From the NCBI GenBank assembly GCA_030612885.1, contig JAUWMZ010000006.1, forward strand, positions 1 through 41,526: a stretch of DNA of 41,526 nucleotides, read 5' to 3'. This document shows, piece by piece, positions 15,535-23,762 of the stretch (its first letter is position 1; each line of letters begins with the position of its first letter). A program made the translations under genes and the position numbers. This stretch comes from Candidatus Nealsonbacteria bacterium (GTDB taxonomy: Bacteria > Patescibacteriota > Minisyncoccia > Minisyncoccales > JAGMDC01). Under the pieces are notes generated by a model. That model did not search any database. It was not told the DNA's origin and saw only the letters and a list, made by a program, of their open reading frames with translations.

Positions 15535-16161
15535 ATGACGATAGAAGTGAGAATAGAGGAAATAAGAGAAATAGTCGATGAAGCGAATGGGCTTTCGAAA
15601 AAAGGCGAAAATGAGGAAGCGTTACAGCTTTTGCGGGAAGCTTGGGACGAAGCAAATTTTTTGTCCGAAAGCAAGACAAAACTATTAAAGGGATTGATTT
15701 GCCATTACGAGGGTAGAGTGTTGCAGGCGATGGGCAAGTATAAGGATGCGGTTGAAAGTTTGCAATATGCGGCTGGGTTCAGGAAAGACGACTTAATTCA
15801 ACTTGCTTATACATGGTTTCAGCTGTTTATCTGCAAGGAATATGGCAATATCCCGATTTCAGGTGAAGAGGTAGAAGAAACAAAGATGGCGTTGATTGCG
15901 GCGATGGCAAATGACGCGGCGACCATTAAGGATATCGGAAATATGCTGCAAAATGTTGCGTATGTGGAACAAGTGAAAGGGGACATAAAGAAAGCTATTT
16001 TGTTTTACAAGATGACTTTAGACGCGCGACGAACAGCGCACGACGAACGCGGGGTAGCATTTGACGGAAGCGAGATTGGCAGAAGCGCTTTGGGAAATAG
16101 AAGGGACAGGTATAAAATCAAGTGCGATAACTTACGGAGAGAAAGCATTAGACTACTTTGA
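15535..16161 (+). CDS. TPR-like hypothetical protein, apparently frameshifted near 16058-16063 (probable true end 16219)
   Basis: Helical-repeat-like sequence. The +1 frame after 16063 reads TEARLAEALWEIEGTGIKSSAITYGEKALDYFENTGDIERIKQVKDIFGWE* without stops. ATG at 15535 follows aaaggagg. Confidence 0.5.
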   Translation: MTIEVRIEEIREIVDEANGLSKKGENEEALQLLREAWDEANFLSESKTKLLKGLICHYEGRVLQAMGKYKDAVESLQYAAGFRKDDLIQLAYTWFQLFICKEYGNIPISGEEVEETKMALIAAMANDAATIKDIGNMLQNVAYVEQVKGDIKKAILFYKMTLDARRTAHDERGVAFDGSEIGRSALGNRRDRYKIKCDNLRRESIRLL

Positions 16162-16301
16162 AAATACAGGCGATATTGAGAGGATAAAGCAAGTAAAAGA
16201 CATATTCGGCTGGGAGTAGCGCCATAATCGCAAATATTTGCTTAATTAGTGTTTGGCTAAAATTTAGCTGACACAATTAGGCAATTTTTTTTATGGTTCA
16301 T

Positions 16302-16330
16302 TTGACAGATGAAAAAAGAAATAGTAAAGT
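16302..16330 (+). promoter_or_regulatory. Putative sigma-70-like promoter
   Basis: TTGACA, 17 nt, TAAAGT, about 70 nt upstream of the GGAGG-led ORF at 16403. Confidence 0.4.
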
Positions 16331-16402
16331 TTATTTGATGACGAAAGGTTATCAAAAAGCACATTAAGAGTCTAATAATAGAAAAAAGGAGGATGATGTA
16401 GA

Positions 16403-17617
16403 ATGGGAAAAAAAGGGATATTTGACGTAGTAGTAGTTGGAGCAGGGCCGGCTGGAGCAATGGCGGCAAAGACAGCAGCGGAAAACGGGTTAGATGTTTT
16501 ATTGATAGAAAGACGTACCCAAATAGGTATTCCGGTTCAATGCGCAGAAGGAACAAGCGAAGAGGGATTAAGAATATTAAAAGATGTTTTAGGGGAGGAA
16601 ATAGATCCGCATTGGATAGCTAAGCAGATAGAAGGAGTTGAAATCATTACTCCTGACCGAACCATAGTAACAGTAGAGGGAAAGGGATATATTTTAGAGA
16701 GAAGAATTTTAGACAGAGATTTGGCAATAAGAGCAGTGAGAGCAGGCGCCGAAATAGTTAAGGGCAAGGCAGTTGGACTTGTCAGGGACAAAGAAGCGGA
16801 TTGTATGGTAGTTAATGTGGTTTCATCTGAGCAAAATTATTTTTTTCCTGCTAAAATTGTAATCGGAGCAGATGGTCCTGAATCCAAGATAGGCGAATGG
16901 GCAGGAATAGACACAAAACTAAACCTTTCTGACAAAATAATTGGTAAGCAGTATTTAATATACTCGCCCGAACTTGAAGGTTTAGATCGGGTTAGGTGTT
17001 TTTTGGGCGATAGAGTTGCTCCTGGTGGTGGTTATGCCTGGATTTTCCCAAAAGGAAAAAATGGTACCGCCAATGTTGGAATAGGAATGTTTAAGAATAA
17101 GCTTAAGGAGTATGGTATTCCTGTTCCTGATTACTTTTTGGACGTTTTTATCGCAAGGGTATTCTCAAAATACCAGATTATAGAAAAAACAGCCGGAAAA
17201 ATTCCAGGGGCGCCGCCGTCTGATACAATCGCAGATAATGTGGTATTAGCAGGGGATGCCGCAGGATTTGTTAATCCTATAACAGGAGGAGGATTAAGAA
17301 CAGGAATGGAATCAGGGAAAATTGCAGCTGAGGTAGCTGTCGCAGCTATTTCAAAAGGAGACACTTCTAAGCAAGGATTAGCTGATTACAAAAGAAGAAT
17401 TTCTTTAGCATTCGGCAAAGATAATGAACAGCTCCTTATAATGAGAAGATTTTCTCAAACCTTGAAAGATGAGGACTACGATGATTTAGGCCATTTCCTA
17501 CAGGGTATGCATCTTTCGTCGGAGACATCTAGCGTAACCCTGATAAGAAAACTGCTTTTCAGCAACCCAGGAATCACGGCGCGATTCGCTGCCTTTAAGG
17601 TAAAAAACAAATTATAA
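16403..17617 (+). CDS. Geranylgeranyl reductase family FAD-dependent oxidoreductase
   Basis: DVVVVGAGPAGAMAAKTAAENGLDVLLIERR (FAD Rossmann fold), IGIPVQCAEG, GADGPESKIG, VVLAGDAAGFVNPITGGGL. Strong SD aaaaaggagg upstream. Confidence 0.75.
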   Translation: MGKKGIFDVVVVGAGPAGAMAAKTAAENGLDVLLIERRTQIGIPVQCAEGTSEEGLRILKDVLGEEIDPHWIAKQIEGVEIITPDRTIVTVEGKGYILERRILDRDLAIRAVRAGAEIVKGKAVGLVRDKEADCMVVNVVSSEQNYFFPAKIVIGADGPESKIGEWAGIDTKLNLSDKIIGKQYLIYSPELEGLDRVRCFLGDRVAPGGGYAWIFPKGKNGTANVGIGMFKNKLKEYGIPVPDYFLDVFIARVFSKYQIIEKTAGKIPGAPPSDTIADNVVLAGDAAGFVNPITGGGLRTGMESGKIAAEVAVAAISKGDTSKQGLADYKRRISLAFGKDNEQLLIMRRFSQTLKDEDYDDLGHFLQGMHLSSETSSVTLIRKLLFSNPGITARFAAFKVKNKL

Positions 17618-17619
17618 TA

Positions 17620-17645
17620 AACGCTCCATTTGAGCGTTTTTTTTT
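17620..17645 (+). terminator. Rho-independent terminator
   Basis: aacgctc-cattt-gagcgtt followed by a T9 run. Confidence 0.75.
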
Positions 17646-17658
17646 ATCCCAAAAAAAT

Positions 17659-17687
17659 TTGACAAAGGACTGAAAGTATATTATGAT
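17659..17687 (+). promoter_or_regulatory. Putative sigma-70-like promoter
   Basis: TTGACA, 17 nt, TATGAT, 26 nt upstream of the ATG at 17713. Confidence 0.45.
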
Positions 17688-17712
17688 TATATTAGCAACT
17701 TAGAGGTAAAAA

Positions 17713-18081
17713 ATGGGAGAAAATAGAAATTATGACTCGGTGAGAAAAAGGATTAAAAAGCTTACACGCAGAGAAATCAGTGTTTGCTCGATTGATCCGT
17801 ATATAATTTTCTTTTCTATCGGCCGTGCTAAAAAAGAGCGAAAAGAACAGGCTATAGCCGAAGAAGTGGCTGAAGTTTTTAGCCACCCAGATAGCCAGAT
17901 ATGGATAAATTTTAGCATAGAGCAACAGAAATGGGTTATAAAGATTGAGGCGGATACGATTAAAGCCGTAGCGAGAAAAATAAAGGTTATTTTTGGAAAA
18001 TATATTCTTCCAGAGATGATAAAAGAATATAAAAATTGCTTGGCTAAGCCAAGCACTGTTTTTTTAACCTTGATAAATTAA
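17713..18081 (+). CDS. Hypothetical protein
   Basis: 122-aa ORF with SD (agaggt) and its own promoter. No recognisable motif. Confidence 0.45.
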   Translation: MGENRNYDSVRKRIKKLTRREISVCSIDPYIIFFSIGRAKKERKEQAIAEEVAEVFSHPDSQIWINFSIEQQKWVIKIEADTIKAVARKIKVIFGKYILPEMIKEYKNCLAKPSTVFLTLIN

Positions 18082-18110
18082 AAAAATTAGGATAAGATAA
18101 AATTACTAAT

Positions 18111-19373
18111 ATGCCAGAGAAATTTATTATTCAAGGCGGAAAGCCGTTAAATGGCGAAGTAGAAATTAAAGGATATAAAAATTCTGCCGGAGCAGTTTTA
18201 GCTGCTTGTCTTTTAACTAAAGAAGAAGTCATTATTGATAATCTTCCTTTAGTTAAGGATGTTTTTACCATGATTGATATTCTGAAAGATATGGGAGTAA
18301 AGATAGATTGGGTAGATAAAAGAAAAGTAAGAGTAATAGCGAATAAAATTGATGTAAGTAAGTTAGATCCTGAAAAGATTTCTAAGTCCAGGGTTTCTGT
18401 TCTTCTGATAGGGCCATTAGTGACTCGTTTTGGAAGTTTTAGATTTTCTCGTCCTGGCGGTGATAAAATTGGCTTAAGGCCCATTACTACTCATTTAGAG
18501 GCAATAAAAAGATTAGGCGTTCAAGTTGAAGAAAAAGAAAATTTCTATGATTTTAAAGCAGAACATCTTTCCCCGACAGAAATTGTTTTAAAAGAATTTA
18601 GTGTTACTGCCACTGAGAACGTAATAATGGCTGCTTCTTTATTAAAAGGTGAAACAATTATTAAGGGCGCGGCCTGCGAACCACAGGTGCAGGATTTGGG
18701 AGAAATGCTCAAAAAAATGGGAGTAGAAATTGAAGGATTAGGAACCCATACTATCATTGTCAGGGGTAAAGAAAAACTAAATGGAACTGTTCATACAATT
18801 ATTTCTGACCCGGTAGAAACTGTAACCTTTATAACAGCAAGCTGTATTACTCCTGGTCAAGTAACTATTAAAAATATTCGGCTTGACCATTTAGATCTCT
18901 TTTTGGATAAATTGGAAGAAATAGGAGTTAAGTTTAAAAGAGGTAATCAGTCCATTACCGTTGATTATTCTCCTGATTTGAAGCCAGCCAGGGTGCAAAC
19001 TTTTTTCTATCCCGGTTTTCCAACTGACTTTTTGCCTTTTACCGCTGTTTTATTAACCCAAACCCAGGGCAAAAGTTTAATTCATGACCCTTTGTATGAA
19101 TCTCGTTTTAATTATCTTCAAGAACTAAAGAAAATGGGAGCAGACATTGAAATAGTTGATCCACATCGAGCTATAATTTTCGGTAAAACACAATTACATG
19201 GTTTAGATATTGAAAGCTGGGATATCAGAGCTGGTGCTTCTTTGATTATCGCCGGACTTTTAGCCAAGGGTACTACAACTATAAATAATATTTATCAGAT
19301 TGATAGGGGATACGAGAAGATAGAAGAACGGCTGCAACAATTGGGGGCAGATATACGCAGGATACAAGTATAA
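18111..19373 (+). CDS. murA: UDP-N-acetylglucosamine 1-carboxyvinyltransferase (Asp in place of the active-site Cys)
   Basis: IIQGGKPLNGEVEIKGYKNSAGAVLAACLL, RPGGDKIGLRPI (canonical PGGCAIGARP), DRGYEKIEERLQQLGADI. Confidence 0.93.
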   Translation: MPEKFIIQGGKPLNGEVEIKGYKNSAGAVLAACLLTKEEVIIDNLPLVKDVFTMIDILKDMGVKIDWVDKRKVRVIANKIDVSKLDPEKISKSRVSVLLIGPLVTRFGSFRFSRPGGDKIGLRPITTHLEAIKRLGVQVEEKENFYDFKAEHLSPTEIVLKEFSVTATENVIMAASLLKGETIIKGAACEPQVQDLGEMLKKMGVEIEGLGTHTIIVRGKEKLNGTVHTIISDPVETVTFITASCITPGQVTIKNIRLDHLDLFLDKLEEIGVKFKRGNQSITVDYSPDLKPARVQTFFYPGFPTDFLPFTAVLLTQTQGKSLIHDPLYESRFNYLQELKKMGADIEIVDPHRAIIFGKTQLHGLDIESWDIRAGASLIIAGLLAKGTTTINNIYQIDRGYEKIEERLQQLGADIRRIQV

Positions 19374-19494
19374 AATTTTCAATTTCTAATTTTCAATGAA
19401 TTTTCAATGTCTTAATTTTCAATTATTAAAATAAATTATTTGAAAATTGAAAATTGGGATTTGATTGATAATTGATAATTGAAAATTATTCTTT
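19374..19494. repeat. AT-rich heptamer palindrome (ttttcaa / ttgaaaa units) filling the murA-mreB spacer
   Basis: aaattttcaatttctaattttcaatgaattttcaatg...tttgaaaattgaaaattggg...gataattgaaaattattc. No SD before the ATG at 19495. Confidence 0.75.
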
Positions 19495-20502
19495 ATGTTC
19501 ATAAAGAAAATCGGTATAGATTTAGGAACCTGCAACTCATTAGTTTTTTTACCCGGTAAGGGCATTGTTTTACAGGAGCCATCAGTAGTGGCTGTTTCTC
19601 TTGATGAAAATAAAATTTTAGCCGTAGGTGAAGAAGCTAAAAAAATGACTGGACGTACTCCGGATACTATTAGGGTTTACCGTCCTCTAAAAGATGGAGT
19701 GATTGCTGATTTTCGAGTAACTCAAGCGATGCTCGGATATTTTATAAAAAAAGTAGCTGGTCCCTTTAAATTTTTGAAGCCGGAATTAATGATTGCAGTG
19801 CCAGCCGGCGCTACTTCTACTGAGAAAAGAGCCGTAATTGAAGCTGGTATGAATGCTGGCGCTAAAGCGGTTTACATAGCTAAAGAACCGATTTTAGCTG
19901 CAATTGGCGCTGGTATTCCTATAAATTCCTGTTCCGGCAATTTAATTTTAGACATAGGAGGAGGAACTTGTGAGGTAGCCACTATTTCTTTGGGTGGAAT
20001 TGTTACTGTTTTTTCAACAAGAGTAGCTGGAGATAAAATGAATTTAGCAATATCTGACTATATTAAAAAGAAATATAATTTAGCTGTGGGTGAACAAACA
20101 GCCGAAGAGATAAAAATGAAAATTGGGACTGCCTTGTTGGAAAAAGAGCAAAGGCATCTTGAGATTCGCGGCCGTGATTTGATTTTAGGTCTTCCTCGAA
20201 CCATTAAGGTTTCGTCAAATGAGATTTGTGGCGCCATTTCCGGGGTTTTAGAAGAAATAATTCAGGTAGTTAAATTAGTTTTAAGAGAAACCCCTCCAGA
20301 GATTTCAGCTGATATTATGGATAAAGGAATGATTGTTTCTGGCGGCGGCGCTCTTTTAAACAATATTGACGAACTTATTACCCAAACTATAGGCGTTCCT
20401 TGTTTTATAGCAGAGGAACCGTTATTATGCGTAGCCAAAGGAACTGGAGTGGTATTGGAAAATTTAGAGGTCTATAAGAAGAGCATAATGTCGAAGAAGT
20501 AA
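19495..20502 (+). CDS. mreB: Rod shape-determining protein MreB, paralog 1
   Basis: IGIDLGTCNSLVFLPGKGIVLQEPSVVAV, DIGGGTCEVATISLGG, GMIVSGGGALL. Confidence 0.9.
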   Translation: MFIKKIGIDLGTCNSLVFLPGKGIVLQEPSVVAVSLDENKILAVGEEAKKMTGRTPDTIRVYRPLKDGVIADFRVTQAMLGYFIKKVAGPFKFLKPELMIAVPAGATSTEKRAVIEAGMNAGAKAVYIAKEPILAAIGAGIPINSCSGNLILDIGGGTCEVATISLGGIVTVFSTRVAGDKMNLAISDYIKKKYNLAVGEQTAEEIKMKIGTALLEKEQRHLEIRGRDLILGLPRTIKVSSNEICGAISGVLEEIIQVVKLVLRETPPEISADIMDKGMIVSGGGALLNNIDELITQTIGVPCFIAEEPLLCVAKGTGVVLENLEVYKKSIMSKK

Positions 20503-20504
20503 CT

Positions 20505-21452
20505 ATGATTTTGGGTCATCAAAAGCAATGGCAGTTTTTAAAAAATTCTCATAAGCTGGGAAAACTTTCTCATGCTTATTTATTTTCTGGCCCGGAATCC
20601 ATTGGTAAAAAAACTTTGGCTGTTGAGTTTATTAAATTCTTAAACTGTCAGGCAGAGAAATCTTCTCTTAAGCCCTGCCAAGGCTGTCGTTCTTGCAGAG
20701 ATATTGAGAAAGGGGCCTACCCTGATTTTATTTTAATAGAGCCGGAAGTATCTCCTTCTACTAAAATTTCCACAGGCAAAGAAGAAATTAAAATTGCTCA
20801 AATAAGGAAAATGGAAAACTATCTCTCTCTTTGTCCTTATCTTTCTTCTTTCAAAGTAGCGGTTATAGATAAGGCCCATTGTATGACCCAAGAAGCCCAG
20901 AATTCTTTTTTAAAAACTCTGGAAGAACCCAAAGGAAACACTCTTTTTATTTTGGTAACTGAATATCCTGAAACACTTTTAGCAACTGTTTTATCTCGAG
21001 TTCAAAAAATTAATTTTTATCCGGTAAAAAGAGAAGAAATTGAAGGCTATCTAAAATCAGAAAACGTTTCTCAAGAAAAAGCTAAAGAAATTACCGAGCT
21101 TTCTTTGGGAAAGCCGGGTAGAGCAATAGATTTTATAAAAAATCCTCAGAAATTAGAGGAGGTTAAAAATAAAATAAAAGAAATTGATAAAGTTGCTAAA
21201 TCTGCTTTATATTATCGATTTCAATATGTTAAAAATTTAACCGAAAGAAAAGAAAACTTAAGAGAAATTTTAGATATTTGGTTGAGATATTTTAGAAAGT
21301 TGTTGATAATCAGAATTAAAGAGCAAAAAGGGAGTTATTCTTTAACTAAATTAAAAACAATTATTGAAAATCTTTCTAAAACTCAACTTTTACTTTCTAC
21401 CACCAATGTCAATCCCAAATTAGCATTGGAAGTTTTAATGCTGGAGCTGTAA
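20505..21452 (+). CDS. holB: DNA polymerase III delta' subunit
   Basis: LSHAYLFSGPESIGKKTLAVEFIKFLNC..CQGCRSC, KVAVIDKAHCMTQEAQNSFLKTLEEP, ATVLSR. Confidence 0.85.
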   Translation: MILGHQKQWQFLKNSHKLGKLSHAYLFSGPESIGKKTLAVEFIKFLNCQAEKSSLKPCQGCRSCRDIEKGAYPDFILIEPEVSPSTKISTGKEEIKIAQIRKMENYLSLCPYLSSFKVAVIDKAHCMTQEAQNSFLKTLEEPKGNTLFILVTEYPETLLATVLSRVQKINFYPVKREEIEGYLKSENVSQEKAKEITELSLGKPGRAIDFIKNPQKLEEVKNKIKEIDKVAKSALYYRFQYVKNLTERKENLREILDIWLRYFRKLLIIRIKEQKGSYSLTKLKTIIENLSKTQLLLSTTNVNPKLALEVLMLEL

Positions 21453-21488
21453 TTGAATTTAATTTTTTTTCTGTTATTATATAAATAT

Positions 21489-22046
21489 ATGGAATACAAA
21501 GAAATTATTAATAGAATCAAACCGGAATTGGCAAAGACCATTGATTTTTTAGAAAGAGAAATGAGCAAGATTCGAACTGGTCGGGCCTCGGTCTCTTTAG
21601 TGGAAGACATAACAGTAAATTATCTTGGTCAGAAATTTCCCTTGAAACAGTTAGCAACAATATCAGTGCCAGAAGCGCGGAAGATTACTATTCAGCCCTG
21701 GGATAAATCATACTTAGAATCAATAGAAAAAGCTATTTCTCAATCTTCTATTGGAGCTGCTCCTATTGTTGACAAGGAAATGATTCGCATTGCTTTGCCG
21801 CCTATGAACGAGGAGTATCGTAAAAATTTTTTGAGGTTTATTTCTGAAAAACAAGAAGAAACAAGAAAAACAGTGCGGCGTTGGCGAGAACAAGCCTGGG
21901 ATGAAATCCAAGAGGGATTCAAAAATAAAGAGATTAGAGAAGATGATAAATATCGGTCAAAAGACGAACTCCAAGAATTAGTAGATAAATATAATGAAAA
22001 GATTGAGGAAATTGGAGAAAGGAAGAAAAAAGAGATTTCAGGATAA
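21489..22046 (+). CDS. frr: Ribosome recycling factor
   Basis: MSKIRTGRASVSLVEDITVNYLGQKFPLKQLATISVPEARKITIQPWDKS. ATG at 21489. Confidence 0.92.
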   Translation: MEYKEIINRIKPELAKTIDFLEREMSKIRTGRASVSLVEDITVNYLGQKFPLKQLATISVPEARKITIQPWDKSYLESIEKAISQSSIGAAPIVDKEMIRIALPPMNEEYRKNFLRFISEKQEETRKTVRRWREQAWDEIQEGFKNKEIREDDKYRSKDELQELVDKYNEKIEEIGERKKKEISG

Positions 22047-22048
22047 TT

Positions 22049-23155
22049 ATGTTTTTAGCTATTATAGTTTTCATTTTAATACTAAGTTTTCTAATATTTG
22101 TCCACGAGTTTGGTCATTTTATTTTTGCCAAAGCTACTGGCGTGAAAGTGGAGGAATTTTGTATTGGTTTTCCTCCACGGCTCTGGAAAAAGCAAAAAGG
22201 AGAGACACTTTATTCTATTGGTCTTATTCCTTTTGGCGGTTTTAATAAAATTTATGGCGAGATAGACACCGAAAAAACCAAAGATTCTAAAAGTTTTTCC
22301 AGTAAGCCAATTAGGATAAGGGCTTTGATAACTGTTGGCGGAGTAGCTATGAATGTGCTTTTGGCGGTGATTATTTTTTACTTTTTATTAGGGTTTAGCG
22401 GATTTCAATCTTATCAATCCTTAATTTTTGATTATCAGTTTCCTTTTGGCAAACAAGAAAATGTTATTATAATTGGGGATGTTGCCCAAAACTCGCCAGC
22501 AGAGGAACAGGGCATTGAAGCAAGAGATATTATTATTGAAGCCGATGGAATGAAATTTGAAAATTCAAAAGAATTTGTAGAGTTTATAGAAGAAAACAAA
22601 GGTAAAGAAGTGAGCCTGTATTTGGAAAATTTTTCTACTCAAGAAACAAAAAATATAACTGTAATTCCTCGCCTTGAACCGCCGGAAGAGGAAGGACCAT
22701 TAGGAATAGCTTTAGGCGATATCGCTAAAATAAGTTATTCTACGGTATTAGAAAAAAGTTCGGTGGGATTTTTGCATTCTTTTAATATTTTACATTATTC
22801 TTTTTTTGGACTTGGCCATATTATAAAAATATCTTTTCAGGAAAAAGACATTACACCTTTGAGATCTTCAGTGGCAGGGCCAGTAGGCATTCTCCATTTT
22901 ACTGAATTAACTATAGATGCAGGTATCGTTGCCGTTATTTCTCTTTTAGCTATAATTTCTCTAGCTTTAGCTTTATTTAATATCCTGCCAATTCCAGCTT
23001 TAGACGGAGGCAAATTGCTTTTTTTAGGAATTGAAGCGATTATAAAAAAACCAGTTCCTTCAAAAATTGAAGAAAAAATCACTGTCTTTTTCTTCTTATT
23101 ACTGATTCTTCTAATGATCGCTGTTACCATCAACGACATCCAAAGATTTTTTTAA
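22049..23155 (+). CDS. rseP: RIP (site-2) zinc metalloprotease, M50 family, with PDZ domain
   Basis: VHEFGHFIFAK (HExxH), multiple TMs, PDZ-like GDVAQNSPAEEQGIEARDIIIEADG, NILPIPALDGG. Confidence 0.88.
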   Translation: MFLAIIVFILILSFLIFVHEFGHFIFAKATGVKVEEFCIGFPPRLWKKQKGETLYSIGLIPFGGFNKIYGEIDTEKTKDSKSFSSKPIRIRALITVGGVAMNVLLAVIIFYFLLGFSGFQSYQSLIFDYQFPFGKQENVIIIGDVAQNSPAEEQGIEARDIIIEADGMKFENSKEFVEFIEENKGKEVSLYLENFSTQETKNITVIPRLEPPEEEGPLGIALGDIAKISYSTVLEKSSVGFLHSFNILHYSFFGLGHIIKISFQEKDITPLRSSVAGPVGILHFTELTIDAGIVAVISLLAIISLALALFNILPIPALDGGKLLFLGIEAIIKKPVPSKIEEKITVFFFLLLILLMIAVTINDIQRFF

Positions 23156-23298
23156 GCTATCCACAGACATTTTTCTAAAATTTTGTTATACTAATAAAAA
23201 ATAAAAGATATGTTTAATCCAGAGAAACAATCATCATTTGAAAAGGGACCAGAGAGAGACCATCTGCACAAGAAGAGAGGGCGGAGGAAAAAAGAAAC

Positions 23299-23499
23299 TT
23301 GGAAAAGAGACTTGAGAAATTAATTGGGAAAGAAGTTATTAGTTTTAAGGTAAATGATTTTTGTGATGTTGAAATAAAATTTAAAGATGGGACTGTACTT
23401 TCTTTTAACAACTGGAGTCCTCGCGATGATATACCAGATTTTGAAGATATAAAAGTTGAACTACCAAAAGAAAAAGAAAAACAGGAAGAACAAGAATAA
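23299..23499 (+). CDS. Hypothetical small acidic protein; start unresolved
   Basis: The ORF-track start is a TTG. An ATG at 23210 lies in another frame that stops at about 23320, so a 1-nt indel near 23240-23250 would fuse the two frames. Confidence 0.3.
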   Translation: MEKRLEKLIGKEVISFKVNDFCDVEIKFKDGTVLSFNNWSPRDDIPDFEDIKVELPKEKEKQEEQE

Positions 23500-23527
23500 A
23501 TAGCGTGTATTATACACAAAATAAATT

Positions 23528-23557
23528 TCACCGAGAATATTCTCGGTGATTTTTTTG
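23528..23557 (+). terminator. Rho-independent terminator
   Basis: tcaccgagaa-ta-ttctcggtga followed by a T7 run. Confidence 0.8.
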
Positions 23558-23590
23558 TTGATTATTTTTGGTTTTTAGGATAGAATAAAA

Positions 23591-23712
23591 AAATAAGAAC
23601 CTGCTTCGTTCCGCTTCCAACGGAACTCGGCAGAACCTTGATTCCTTCGTAAATAAGAACCTGCTTCGTTCCGCTTCCAACGGAACTCGGCAGAACCTTC
23701 TAATTCCTTCGT
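23591..23712. repeat. Tandem duplication (2 x ~60 bp) of an agaacc-flanked hairpin element upstream of proS
   Basis: aaataagaacctgcttcgttccgcttccaacggaactcggcagaaccttgattccttcgt is repeated immediately; copy 2 differs only near its 3' end (cttctaattcc). Internal hairpin gttccg-cttccaa-cggaac. Confidence 0.9.
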
Positions 23713-23762
23713 TCGGTTAAAACACAAAAACAAGTTTTTGTATTTTTTCCTCACTCACAATT

